In this document: piece by piece, positions 17,526 to 27,900 of the stretch | Layout: each line of letters begins with the position of its first letter | How positions within the stretch are numbered: position 1 is the first letter of the stretch | Origin: an uncultured Pseudomonadales bacterium | GTDB lineage: Bacteria > Patescibacteriota > Microgenomatia > UBA1400 > PJMF01 | Length of the DNA stretch: 64,000 bases | Assembly: GCA_964583795.1 (NCBI GenBank) | Contig: CAZOWX010000003.1 | Coordinates: 23,978-87,977 of the forward strand | Direction of reading: 5' to 3' | The notes under the pieces: model-generated | Told to the model about the DNA's origin: nothing | Database searches by the model: none | The model's input: the letters and a program-made list of their open reading frames with translations, nothing else | Position numbers and translations under genes: made by a program

Positions 17526-19358
17526 ATGCAAAGCAGCGAACACAGCTCCCAGCATCACTCAGTAACCTCACAAGCCAGAACATTTTTTCATCACGTGTCT
17601 AAGCACCCCTCCCGATTTATGCCCATAGTGGTTATGGTGGCTTTGGTCAGCTCAGTGGTGATGGGAGTTCTGACCTTGGCTGGAACAAAAAATTACGATC
17701 TAAGAAGTCAAGCAGCATACCCATTGTATCAAGCCTGTGTTGTTAACAGTGACTGTCAAAGTAATGTCTGTCGCACTTGTCGTGCTGGTGAAGTGTGTCC
17801 TGATGTGATTGGAAAGTTTTGTTTCTCACCAGATCCCACCAAGATTGTTTCGACAGTCACCCCAACTTGTGTGAGGTCGGGAAACCAACAGGGAACTGGA
17901 CAGTGCTGTTCAGGTGTAAGTTCAGTAACTGATAAGGCAGGTGTTCGTTGGTGTGGGGCAGCCCCGCTACCGACAAAAGTACCTGATTCGAGAAAGCAAT
18001 TATTTGTTAACCAGGGTTGCACACCAGGTGATCCTGAAAATGTTTGTCCCCCTGGAACTTTGTGCATGAACGACCCTAACAGTACTGATGGAAACATGCA
18101 AACGAAATGCATCTCTTCTGAAGGAACAAGTTCTTTGTGTAGTTATACGAGTGTTCGCGGAGAAGTATTATCAATGCAAGTTGGTGCCTATGCCACTTCG
18201 AATGATGGGAAATGTTACCATTGTGGCTTGCGTGGAGCGCCTTCAATAGTGAGTGACACTGCTTGTGTACAACCGACAGATCCACGAACAAGTTGTTACG
18301 AGCAAGGTGACGTGAAGCAATTGAGTAGCGTTCCATGTTGTGCGGGATTGGGTGTGAAGAGGACTGCAAATGGTGAGGTGTGTGATGTGGTGGACACATC
18401 AGAAGAGTGTTATGCTGCTGGAGAAAGAATGGTTGATTTTTCGATCCCGTGTTGTAATCATGAAGCGCCGGATCATAACAGTGATGGTACTATAACAATT
18501 TGTGGTCCGACTGATATTCGGCGATGTCCCTTTGTGAGTACAGATGGAAAGCTTGAATATGTTCAAGTAGGTGTTTGTCGTGGGAGTCAACGTTGTCAAG
18601 AAAACGAGCGAATGGAGACGGATGTGACCTGCGGAACGTCACCAATTGCAAAGCCGTGTTACTCTGGTCTGTTGTGTGCTGACGTTACCTTTGTGAATCG
18701 AAGTGAAAGCTGTCCAGTAGGCACATTTGACTCATATGATGCGTGTAAAAGTGAAGGGGCAAAGACTGGAAGTCCAAAGGTGCAAAGTACTACCAGTAGT
18801 TTAAACACTGAAACGACCAAAGTCGCTGCAAATGTCAGTCAAAAGTACGGCATAACTGTGGACGTTTCTCAAAACAAGACGATGCTGCCAGATACCGTGA
18901 AGACCCTCGATACCACTTTAGATAAGTTACCGCAATCATTCGTTGTTCAGGCGAAAAATATTACTTTTGTCGATGGCCAACAGAAGAGTTCAAGCAATGA
19001 TTTAAAGGGAAATATTGTGGTGAGTTGTGATCCCACGAAGGCGATTGAATGTCAAGAAAATGTGGTGCACCTCATCGCCATAGGCTCAACGGAAAAACCA
19101 GTGGTAACTTCGACCTGTAAAGATGGGTGCAGTGCTCTGGATGCGTTTCACAAAGTGATAACTGCAAATAAACTGTTATCAGTGAACTCGCAAGGAGTGA
19201 TTGACCCTACGAGTTCAAAACTACAGTTGCCATCAAAGTTAGCGCCAACCGAAAAAGAAGCGTTTGCATATTATCAGGCAAAGGCGATTTTGGACCCCAA
19301 AGCACTGAGCAGTGAGTCCAGTGAGCTAGCCAAATTATTTGCAGAAATGGGAAAATAA
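17526..19358 (+). CDS. cysteine-rich membrane-anchored surface protein
   Basis: N-terminal TM followed by YDLRSQA; dozens of Cys in small repeated modules (CY..G.....PCC). Confidence 0.8.
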   Translation: MQSSEHSSQHHSVTSQARTFFHHVSKHPSRFMPIVVMVALVSSVVMGVLTLAGTKNYDLRSQAAYPLYQACVVNSDCQSNVCRTCRAGEVCPDVIGKFCFSPDPTKIVSTVTPTCVRSGNQQGTGQCCSGVSSVTDKAGVRWCGAAPLPTKVPDSRKQLFVNQGCTPGDPENVCPPGTLCMNDPNSTDGNMQTKCISSEGTSSLCSYTSVRGEVLSMQVGAYATSNDGKCYHCGLRGAPSIVSDTACVQPTDPRTSCYEQGDVKQLSSVPCCAGLGVKRTANGEVCDVVDTSEECYAAGERMVDFSIPCCNHEAPDHNSDGTITICGPTDIRRCPFVSTDGKLEYVQVGVCRGSQRCQENERMETDVTCGTSPIAKPCYSGLLCADVTFVNRSESCPVGTFDSYDACKSEGAKTGSPKVQSTTSSLNTETTKVAANVSQKYGITVDVSQNKTMLPDTVKTLDTTLDKLPQSFVVQAKNITFVDGQQKSSSNDLKGNIVVSCDPTKAIECQENVVHLIAIGSTEKPVVTSTCKDGCSALDAFHKVITANKLLSVNSQGVIDPTSSKLQLPSKLAPTEKEAFAYYQAKAILDPKALSSESSELAKLFAEMGK

Positions 19359-19367
19359 GGAAAAGCA

Positions 19368-20027
19368 ATGATTAGTGAACTCTTTGTACTACCATTACGA
19401 TCGAGTGTTGAACAAGTGCAAGCCCAGTTAGGTCTGCCGTTGCAAACCACTAGTGAAAATGGAGAAGATATCCTATGGTATGAGTCAGTTGTTCCAGACT
19501 ATGCCACGCACTACTTTATCCAGGCTGGGAGACTCGAGAGAATAGCGGTAAATACCAACAAGCGACAGCTGACGGTTGCAGACATTGAGGCAGAACTTGG
19601 AAAACCTGCTTGGGCAGTACGACGTTTTGCTGCAGTTGATGATTCTTTAGAACAAGTGATCATGGTATGGCCACAACAAGGGTACAGTGTTGTTGCGACT
19701 ACCATGGGCCAGCAGAGTGCAAAAGTGATTCGAGTTGAGCAGTTTAAGGCTAGGAGTCTAGCGGAATACAAGAGTAATTTGGGAATGCAGTACGCTGGTC
19801 ATGAAGAGATCGCAATGCTTAGCGAAGAACAGCAAGAGCCAAGTGCGAATGTGACAACTGCAATTATTGCGCCATCAGTCCCCAAACAAGCCAAGTCGAC
19901 TGTTGTAAGTTTTGATATTGCAATCTTGCTGATCATTTTAGTTGCGATTGTTGGGGCAGGTATGGCGATGTATCTGTCAACGAAGAAAAAGCCAGTTGAG
20001 AAGCAACAACCTCCTGAAGTAAGTTAA
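19368..20027 (+). CDS. hypothetical protein with C-terminal TM anchor
   Basis: AAGGA ribosome-binding site; C-terminal hydrophobic segment followed by KKK. Confidence 0.7.
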   Translation: MISELFVLPLRSSVEQVQAQLGLPLQTTSENGEDILWYESVVPDYATHYFIQAGRLERIAVNTNKRQLTVADIEAELGKPAWAVRRFAAVDDSLEQVIMVWPQQGYSVVATTMGQQSAKVIRVEQFKARSLAEYKSNLGMQYAGHEEIAMLSEEQQEPSANVTTAIIAPSVPKQAKSTVVSFDIAILLIILVAIVGAGMAMYLSTKKKPVEKQQPPEVS

Positions 20028-20233
20028 ACAAACTTCTTTCTTAGCGACTCCGTATCGCTACTCTCATCTTTTACTTGAAATTTCTTTTATACTTCTTCTG
20101 AGTCTTTTCCAAAAAGTGGAGCAAAAATTATTTGAAAAGCTGAACCTGAAATAAAGTTAGAGATTATTTTTTGGCCCTATATACCATATACGATATACCA
20201 ACTACAGTCTCTCAATGGTACGATAGACAGATT

Positions 20234-22717
20234 ATGAACAGCGGTCTCAACTCCAAGCAAGTGCAAGAAAAACTTGAAAAATATGGGTACAACGTTTTAG
20301 CAAAAAAACGATCGTTTTCGGTTTTTTCACTGCTGATTTCTCAGTTTCGCTCACCACTAATTTACATTTTACTGATAGCTGCCAGTATTACCTTTTTCTT
20401 ACATGAGTATGTAGACATGTCGGTGATTATATTGGCGGTAGCAGTGAATGCCGCGCTTGGATTTATTCAAGAATATAAAGCTCAAAATGCGCTTGAAGCA
20501 TTATCAAAAGTGTTGCCTCGAACGGTGAGTGTGGTTCGTGATGGTCGGTTAACAATTATTCCCGTAGAGGAAGTTGTGCCGCTTGATATTATTCATGTTG
20601 AGACAGGAGAGCAAATTTCCGCAGATGGTGTGATACTCCACAGTAAATCTCTGAGTATTAACGAGGCAGTGCTCACCGGAGAAAGTATTGCGGTTGAAAA
20701 AAAAGCAATAGCACCAGACCACAGTGTTGAAGTGATCCCGACGACTGATGATGAAAAAGCGGTACATTTTGGATATATGGGAACGACTGTTCATTCAGGG
20801 CGGGCCGTAATCCAAATCATGGCGACAGGAGCAGACACAGCTTTGGGCAAAATCTCTACGAGTTTGCAATCAACTCCCGAAATTGAAACTCCGCTGCAAC
20901 AGAAATTGCGACTGTTTAGTCGCAAATTAACCATAGTGGTTCTCGTTGCCTCTGGGTTTATTTTTGTGTTTGGGATGCTTTATGGTAGAGCTTTATCCGA
21001 GATGTTTACCCTTTCTGTAGCGGTAGCAGTCTCATCAATTCCTGAAGGATTAGTCATTTCACTGACCGCAATTTTGGCTATCGGCATGCAACGAATTTTG
21101 AAACGCAAAGCATTAGTCAGAAAATTGGTGGCAGCAGAGACATTGGGAAGTGTCAGCGTGATTTGTACAGATAAAACGGGGACACTGACAAAAGGGGCGC
21201 TGAGTGTTTTTCATATTGAATCAGACGACAAGCCACTGATGCACTCCATCGCGCGCAGCGTAACCGATGGCAGCGATCCATTGGAAATTGCCATCCGTGA
21301 TTGGGCCAGTGAGCACGCGATGCACCTGAAAGAACCCTATTTGATCGATGAAGAGCCATTTAGTAGTGAGCGCAAATACTCGGTGCGTCTGACCGATCAG
21401 CGATTGATTGTCTTGGGTGCGCCAGAAGTGTTACTGTCCTTATGTAAAAAAGCAGATCACTCAGAAATTCATGAGGCAATAAAAGTATTTACTTCTCAAG
21501 GTTACCGTGTGGTTGGTGCAGCAACACGCCAAACAAAAAAAGACGAAACCGCAATTGTGCTCAATCAACTGTCCGATTTAGAGTGGGCGGGGTGTTTTGT
21601 GTTTCAAGACGAAGTGCGTGGCGGATTAACTGAAGTGTTTCATCTAGCTAGACAAGCAGGGATTGCTGTGAAAGTCATCACCGGTGATTATGCAGAAACA
21701 GCCAAGTCGGTGATGAAAGACTTGAAACTCGAAGTGAAACCCAGTGAAGTGATGCTTGGCAGTGATTTGAAGGTGATGTCACGAGCTCAACTGAAACAGC
21801 GTATCCCTGAGACAAAATTGTTTGCGCGAACGACACCCGACCAAAAGCTGGTGATTGTGGAAATATTGCAGGAGCTGGGGGAAGTTGTGGCTATGACTGG
21901 AGATGGAGTAAACGATTCGCCAGCCTTGAAACGAGCCGATATTGGTATTGTGGTGAGTAGCGCGTCTGATGTGAGTAAAGATACCGCTGATATAGTCTTG
22001 CTCGACGATAACTTTGGGACAATTGTAGCCGCCGTGGAAGAGGGACGGGGTATTTTTGAGAACTTACGCAAAGTGATTTTATACTTATTATCGGATTCAT
22101 TCACGGAAATCATCTTGGTGATGGGTGGAGTGATTTTGGGATTACCGCTGCCGATTAGTGCTGCCCAAATTTTGTGGGTGAACTTGATCGATGATGGTTT
22201 GCCAAATTTAGCGCTGACAATGGACCCCAATGGCAAAGAGCTGTTTTATGAAAAGCCAAGAAGACGTGGGGGATCATTGCTGGATGGAGAAATACTCACC
22301 TTGATTGCTTTGATTAGTGCCATTACTGGAGTGTTTGTGTTAGCGGCATTTTATTGGGTGTATCAGACTACAGGAAGTTTGAGTGAAGCACGAACGATTG
22401 CATTTACGCTGTTGGGTGTAGATTCGCTGCTGTACGTATTTTCCTCGAGAAGTTTACGTAACCCTATATGGCAAGAGGGTATTATGAAAAACTTGTGGCT
22501 TTTATGTGCTGTTGTCATTGGATTTATATTTCAATTGGTTGCATTGTATGTGCCGTTTTTTCAAAGATGGTTTCAAACACGACCGCTCTCAAGTTTGGAG
22601 TGGACTATTGTCTTCGCATCTTCTTTTGCACTCATTGGAGTTGTTGAGTTTGTGAAATGGTTATGGCAGCCAACACAACAGATTCGAATGCGAAAATTAC
22701 TTTCTTTATCGTCATAA
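20234..22717 (+). CDS. cation-transporting P-type ATPase (Ca2+-type)
   Basis: TGES, IPEGL, DKTGTLT and GDGVNDSPAL motifs. Confidence 0.96.
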   Translation: MNSGLNSKQVQEKLEKYGYNVLAKKRSFSVFSLLISQFRSPLIYILLIAASITFFLHEYVDMSVIILAVAVNAALGFIQEYKAQNALEALSKVLPRTVSVVRDGRLTIIPVEEVVPLDIIHVETGEQISADGVILHSKSLSINEAVLTGESIAVEKKAIAPDHSVEVIPTTDDEKAVHFGYMGTTVHSGRAVIQIMATGADTALGKISTSLQSTPEIETPLQQKLRLFSRKLTIVVLVASGFIFVFGMLYGRALSEMFTLSVAVAVSSIPEGLVISLTAILAIGMQRILKRKALVRKLVAAETLGSVSVICTDKTGTLTKGALSVFHIESDDKPLMHSIARSVTDGSDPLEIAIRDWASEHAMHLKEPYLIDEEPFSSERKYSVRLTDQRLIVLGAPEVLLSLCKKADHSEIHEAIKVFTSQGYRVVGAATRQTKKDETAIVLNQLSDLEWAGCFVFQDEVRGGLTEVFHLARQAGIAVKVITGDYAETAKSVMKDLKLEVKPSEVMLGSDLKVMSRAQLKQRIPETKLFARTTPDQKLVIVEILQELGEVVAMTGDGVNDSPALKRADIGIVVSSASDVSKDTADIVLLDDNFGTIVAAVEEGRGIFENLRKVILYLLSDSFTEIILVMGGVILGLPLPISAAQILWVNLIDDGLPNLALTMDPNGKELFYEKPRRRGGSLLDGEILTLIALISAITGVFVLAAFYWVYQTTGSLSEARTIAFTLLGVDSLLYVFSSRSLRNPIWQEGIMKNLWLLCAVVIGFIFQLVALYVPFFQRWFQTRPLSSLEWTIVFASSFALIGVVEFVKWLWQPTQQIRMRKLLSLSS

Positions 22718-22736
22718 ATGGAGGTACAATTCGAGT

Positions 22737-23540
22737 ATGAGTAATCAGGTTTCAGGTTCCGGGTTTCAGGTTTCAGGGGATGCAATCCAAGCGCAACCTG
22801 TTGTGAATGGTGATGTAACAGTCAGTAGTCAGTTGTCAGTTGTTAGTGATCCCGCTACCGCTCAAGGTAACGGAGGAGCACAGCAGACGTCAGTCGTCAG
22901 TGGACAAGGGACAATTCAACAACCTAACACCCCAACCACTCTACAATCCATCCCTGATCCAGCTGTGGATGAAGCAGTAGCACAGGCGAAAAAAGTGCAG
23001 GATTTATTTGCGAGAAATGATGCGCTAGCGGCAACTGCGCAAACACCAGTTTCAAGTGTTCCAACATCAGTTTCGCCACTTCCTTCGAATCAAGACAATC
23101 AGATCCTGAAACAAGTTCAGGATGACGGGTCTTTTGCCTCACAATCAATGACAACTGATAACACACAACAATCAGCTAGCGATCAGCCAGCACTTCAGAA
23201 TCCAATAACCAATACCCAACAACCAATACCCAGCTCTGATGATCAAAAAAGCCCGCTTGATATTTTAGAAGAAATCCTGCGCAAAGAAGAAAAAAAACAA
23301 GCTGAAAAAGAAGCGGTTGTATCGCAAGAGGAAACTGAGAATCAAAAGCAACTTGAAGCACAGCAAGAAGCAGAAAATCAGGCATTGATTGAAGAAGCAC
23401 GAAAAAAAATGATTCAAGAAACCGCCACAGAAGAACAGAAACAACGAGACGCCATTCGTCAACAACAAATTGATGCGAATAAAGTACATAATCCGTACGA
23501 GATTCGGCAGTTGGAACATGTGAAGAGGGGGCAGGGGTAG
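22737..23540 (+). CDS. low-complexity Q/S/T-rich hypothetical protein with repeat-derived segments
   Basis: 267-aa ORF; TACAAT-6nt-ATG start; contains an in-frame REP arm at 23101-23127. Confidence 0.65.
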   Translation: MSNQVSGSGFQVSGDAIQAQPVVNGDVTVSSQLSVVSDPATAQGNGGAQQTSVVSGQGTIQQPNTPTTLQSIPDPAVDEAVAQAKKVQDLFARNDALAATAQTPVSSVPTSVSPLPSNQDNQILKQVQDDGSFASQSMTTDNTQQSASDQPALQNPITNTQQPIPSSDDQKSPLDILEEILRKEEKKQAEKEAVVSQEETENQKQLEAQQEAENQALIEEARKKMIQETATEEQKQRDAIRQQQIDANKVHNPYEIRQLEHVKRGQG

Positions 23541-23791
23541 TGGATTATCGATGATAGATTATAGAGTGTTTACCCGGCCAACTTTTCTGGCCAACAGGCA
23601 AAAAAAGTTTGACAGGTGGAAAGTAGATTTAGTGATTGGCGACTAGCTATTAGTGGTTGACATGATGAAGATGAATTAAGTAGCAACTGGAAGAGGTTGT
23701 TGGGTGATTGGGTTGTTGTGTTGTTGGAAAACTTTTTATCTGGTCATAACAACACAACTACACAACAACCTAACAACATATCCATATCAAT

Positions 23792-24400
23792 ATGCAAAAA
23801 GCTCCCCCTGGCAGCATGCCCGGAATGGTCCCACCAGATGTCAAATCGATGATGGAGCAAGGTTTCGCGCAGCAAGCGGTCAAGCAAAAAACTAATATTA
23901 CTCAAGCCCCGTCATCAAGTGGACCTGGTGTTGCGGCCCAAGCTGGTTTAACTGCATCACAAGCCAATAAGCCTGGTGCTCCACAAGGGTTCCAACATCA
24001 GCACACTCCCAGAGGTATGGGGACGCCCACAGAAGAGGCCAAGATGGCCGTGAGTGATGTGGCTGAAGGATTACTTTCAATTCCGCAGAGCATCCTTGAC
24101 ATGTTAGGATTGGGACGTCCTGCGAAAGATCCTCAAGAGCAAGCTGAACTAAAGACATTTCACGAACGTCACAAGGCACTTGATGATCAGCAGAAGCGGG
24201 TGTTTGATCAGCGAATGGAGGCTGAAAAACAGAAAAAAGAGGCTGATGAAGAAATGAAAAAGCAAAAAGAGTTGCAAAAGAAAAAAATGGAAGAGCAACA
24301 AAATAGTCAAAACTTTATTCCTCACGGGAAAGTCAGTGGCCAGGCAGCACTACAAAAGATGCAACAGGATCGAAAAGGGATGGGTGGGGCATCAGGTTAG
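23792..24400 (+). CDS. hypothetical coiled-coil protein
   Basis: 202-aa ORF, Q/K/E rich. Confidence 0.65.
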   Translation: MQKAPPGSMPGMVPPDVKSMMEQGFAQQAVKQKTNITQAPSSSGPGVAAQAGLTASQANKPGAPQGFQHQHTPRGMGTPTEEAKMAVSDVAEGLLSIPQSILDMLGLGRPAKDPQEQAELKTFHERHKALDDQQKRVFDQRMEAEKQKKEADEEMKKQKELQKKKMEEQQNSQNFIPHGKVSGQAALQKMQQDRKGMGGASG

Positions 24401-24576
24401 GGTTCAGGCCATAGGGGTTAGGGCTTGGGTCTAGGAAGTCGTCAGGTGTCTGGCATCAGGCATATAGAAAGGTGAGTTGGTAGTTTATCGTTACTAGTTT
24501 GTAGTGATGATACTTTGTAATGTTGGAGAATTATTAAGGAAAGAAAACTGAATCGTAAGCAGAAAACATAAAAAGA

Positions 24577-24629
24577 CGTCATCCGCTGCAGTCTAGCGAG
24601 CCAGACAGATTCAGGATCTCAAGTCAGAG
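24577..24629 (+). repeat. degenerate REP-like left half
   Basis: CGTCATCCG...CAGATTCAGGATCTCAAGTCAGAG. Confidence 0.7.
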
Positions 24630-24693
24630 TTGTCTGTCAGTGTTTTTCAAAAGAGTGTGAACTACTTACACACTTCTACTTATCAGGAGCCGT

Positions 24694-25419
24694 ATGAAAA
24701 ATGTATTAATTACAGGTGCCATGAGAGGCATTGGCTTGTCGGTATTACAAACTTTACATGATGAAGGGTATGCGATTACAGCAATCTATAATGCGAGTGA
24801 AGAAAGCGCAACCTTGGTATTAAAACAGTTTCCAAACGTGGAAGGGTACAAAGTTGATTTGTCCAAAAGGAACGAGATTGAGTCTTTTGTAAAAAAACTG
24901 GCAGACAAGGCACTCTATGCCATTATCAATGTTGCAGGAGTGGCTATGGATGATTCTGTTGCGAATTTTGACATGGACAAATGGGATAAAACCATCGCAA
25001 TTAACTTAACTGCTCCGGTCCTTTTTTCTACGAAACTCAGATCAAATTTGGAAGAAGGCGGGGCAATTGTGAATGTTGCCAGCATTTTTGGAGCAGTGTA
25101 TGGCATGAATATGAGTCTTTCATATGGTGCTTCAAAGGCAGCCTTGATCAACTTAACAAAATCACTGTCATATCAACTCAGACAAAAAAAAGTTCGTGTC
25201 AATGCTATTGCTCCTAGTATTGTGGATACAGACATGACGTCCCTTGATACAAAAGAGATGTTGGATGAGGTTTCTAGAAGGTCAGGTATCGGTAGAATTG
25301 CTCAACCTGAAGAAATTGCTAGTATTGTCAGCTTTTTGATTTCAAAAAAAGCAAGTTACATTAATGGGCAGACGATTATCGCTGATGGTGGATACAGTGC
25401 GTGGGATGGGATTTATTAG
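24694..25419 (+). CDS. short-chain dehydrogenase/reductase (FabG-like)
   Basis: TGAMRGIG, NVAG, YGASK, NAIAP. Confidence 0.92.
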   Translation: MKNVLITGAMRGIGLSVLQTLHDEGYAITAIYNASEESATLVLKQFPNVEGYKVDLSKRNEIESFVKKLADKALYAIINVAGVAMDDSVANFDMDKWDKTIAINLTAPVLFSTKLRSNLEEGGAIVNVASIFGAVYGMNMSLSYGASKAALINLTKSLSYQLRQKKVRVNAIAPSIVDTDMTSLDTKEMLDEVSRRSGIGRIAQPEEIASIVSFLISKKASYINGQTIIADGGYSAWDGIY

Positions 25420-25467
25420 CACGATAAGAACCATGAGTCTGAAAATTCAATTTGATAAAATATCTCC

Positions 25468-25956
25468 ATGAAAAAATCAAGCGCAACCGTTTATCTGATT
25501 TGCGGATTCATCGGTGCAGGAAAAACGACTTTTGCCAAAAAACTTGAGCAGAAGACAGGAGCAGTGCGAATAACCAAAGACGAGTGGTTAATTTCTTTGT
25601 TTGGTCATGATCCAACAATTGAGCATTTTGAAATGTATGATAATACTATTTGCAGATTGGCGAATGACATTGCTTTTGAATTTATAAAAAGGGGCGTTGA
25701 TGTCATTATCGATGATGGTTTTTGGATCCGAAAACAAAGAGATGAGATGCGAGAGAAGATCAAACATGTTGGTGGAAAGGTGATTTTGTATTATCTTCCA
25801 ACACCCATGGAAGCCATGAAAAAACGTGTCGTAAACAGAAATCAACGACTTTCTAAAGACTCTTTTGAAATAAGTGAAGTACTTTTTGAAAAATATCAAC
25901 AGTATTGGGAACCACCACAGGCTGATGAGGAGTTTATCTTGGCTGAGCTGGTGTAA
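25468..25956 (+). CDS. P-loop kinase (AAA_33 family)
   Basis: GFIGAGKTT Walker A; VIIDDGFW. Confidence 0.85.
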   Translation: MKKSSATVYLICGFIGAGKTTFAKKLEQKTGAVRITKDEWLISLFGHDPTIEHFEMYDNTICRLANDIAFEFIKRGVDVIIDDGFWIRKQRDEMREKIKHVGGKVILYYLPTPMEAMKKRVVNRNQRLSKDSFEISEVLFEKYQQYWEPPQADEEFILAELV

Positions 25957-25981
25957 ACCTAAGATTCGATTTTGTTTTCAT

Positions 25982-26108
25982 TTGACAATCACTTCCTACC
26001 TGCTATCATTCAACTCATGTTCTTAAATATAGTTTCCTGTTGTCACTTCAAGCGTTAATAAACCTCTTGGAGTTTGTGTGTTAATCCGTCCAAGAGACGG
26101 ATTTTTTT
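25982..26108 (+). promoter_or_regulatory. cysteine-sensing transcription attenuator: promoter, leaderless leader peptide MFLNIVSCCHFKR (26017-26058), alternative stems and terminator
   Basis: TTGACA-16-TATCAT; tandem TGT TGT codons; 1:2 CTTCAAG/CTTGGAG, 2:3 CTCTTGGA/TCCAAGAG, 3:4 AATCCGTC/GACGGATT plus T tract; upstream of cysS. Confidence 0.8.
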
Positions 26109-26136
26109 ATTATTTAGATTAATGAGGGAGCTCGTT

Positions 26137-26370
26137 ATGGAATTAGGAATTGCGACAGAAATAGCATTGCGCTATGCAAGTATGGTGCTTGGTATGAAGC
26201 AAAGTGAAGGTTCACCTTATACTGATCCCAACTTTTGGACATTCCATGATTTAGTTCAAGTAATACCGCAAGCACACCTAGAATTGATCTCACAAATACA
26301 TAGACATGTGCCCCATGCAATAGCATCGGGAGAGATTCTTGCATCTCGGATGGCAAGACTGGAAACCTAA
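26137..26370 (+). CDS. small hypothetical protein between the attenuator and cysS
   Basis: GAGGGAG ribosome-binding site before ATG 26137. Confidence 0.55.
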   Translation: MELGIATEIALRYASMVLGMKQSEGSPYTDPNFWTFHDLVQVIPQAHLELISQIHRHVPHAIASGEILASRMARLET

Positions 26371-26413
26371 TCTGTTACAATTACTGGTAATCCAGTAATA
26401 GCGATGAATTCTT

Positions 26414-27847
26414 ATGCGCCTGTTTAACACCCTCACCCGAAGCGTCGAAGAAATAGCTCCCATTGCGCCACCAGCATTGGGACTGTATGCGTGTGGTTTT
26501 ACTGTGTACGACTACACCCATCTAGGACATTTACGTAAATACACCATGGATGATGTGTTGATTCGTTCCCTTCGTCATGCTGGATTTCAACTCAAGTTTG
26601 TCCAAAATATTACTGATGTGGGGCATCTCGCATCGGATGCTGATACTGGTGAAGATAAACTGGAAAAAGGGGCCAAAAAATACAATAAAAGCGTGTGGGA
26701 TATTGCCAAAGAGTTTGAACGGTACTTTTTTTATTCGATGGATACCATGGGAAATGTGCGACCGGACGTCAGCTGCAGGGCGACCGAACATATTCCAGAG
26801 CAGATCGCTATGGTGCAAGCACTTGAGCAAAAGGGATTTACCTATGTTATTCCTGGTGATGGCGTCTACTTTGATACGTCGAAAATTGATGATTACGGTA
26901 AGCTCGCTGGTTTCGATCCCAAGATGTTACAAGAAGGGGCGAGAGTGGAAACTGTAGCCGGAAAGAAAAATCCAACCGATTTTGCCCTATGGAAGTTTGA
27001 GCGAGAAGGAGAAAACAGGGCGATGGTATGGGAAAGTCCATGGGGGAAGCGCACTTTTCCTGGTTGGCACATTGAGTGCAGTGCGATGGCAATGGAGTAT
27101 TTAGGGCAGCAGTTTGATATTCACACTGGTGGTATCGACCATATTCCAGTGCACCACACCAATGAGATTGCTCAAGCCGAAGCGGCGACAGGGAAGCAGC
27201 CTTTTGTGCGCTACTGGGTACATCACAATCATTTGATGGTTGAAGGCACCAAGATGAGTAAGAGTTTGGGCAACTTTTTTACAGTTGATGATGTGATCAA
27301 GCGAGGCTTTGATCCGATGGCCTTGCGACTGCTATTTCTTTCCACACATTATCGTTCCCAGATGAACTTCACTTGGGAAAACTTGGCTGGATCCCAGACT
27401 GCATGGAAGACTTTGAGTACAAAAATTACTCAATTTAAACACGAAACAGAGCGCTTGACGCTATCCGAAGAAAAGCTGAAGCAAATTGCTGATTATCGAG
27501 CACGATTCTTTGCCTACATTGAGGATGATTTGCGCACGCCTGAAGCGGTGGCGCTGATGTGGGAAGTGTTTAAATCAAATATTCCGAGCATTGATAAGTA
27601 TGATTTGATTGTGGAATTTGATGAAGTATTGGGGCTGGGTCTGAAAAAACTGGCTGAGACTGCTTCTCAGAGCGTCGAAGTGAATGTCAAAGATCTACCG
27701 GAGGAAGTGCAAAAGCTCTTAGAGCAACGTGAACAAGTGAGAGCTCAGAAGAATTGGAATGAGTCCGATCGCTTGCGTGATGAACTGACAAAATTGGGGT
27801 ATAAGGTGTTGGACACGGGGAGTGGGTTGAAGGTGATGAGAAATTAG
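26414..27847 (+). CDS. cysS: cysteinyl-tRNA synthetase
   Basis: CGFTVY, HLGH, PGWHIECS, KMSKSLGN. Confidence 0.98.
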   Translation: MRLFNTLTRSVEEIAPIAPPALGLYACGFTVYDYTHLGHLRKYTMDDVLIRSLRHAGFQLKFVQNITDVGHLASDADTGEDKLEKGAKKYNKSVWDIAKEFERYFFYSMDTMGNVRPDVSCRATEHIPEQIAMVQALEQKGFTYVIPGDGVYFDTSKIDDYGKLAGFDPKMLQEGARVETVAGKKNPTDFALWKFEREGENRAMVWESPWGKRTFPGWHIECSAMAMEYLGQQFDIHTGGIDHIPVHHTNEIAQAEAATGKQPFVRYWVHHNHLMVEGTKMSKSLGNFFTVDDVIKRGFDPMALRLLFLSTHYRSQMNFTWENLAGSQTAWKTLSTKITQFKHETERLTLSEEKLKQIADYRARFFAYIEDDLRTPEAVALMWEVFKSNIPSIDKYDLIVEFDEVLGLGLKKLAETASQSVEVNVKDLPEEVQKLLEQREQVRAQKNWNESDRLRDELTKLGYKVLDTGSGLKVMRN

Positions 27848-27900
27848 TCGTCAGAGGTTGGTTGTGTGCTGTCTGAGTAACAAGTTTCTGCCCCAACGCT

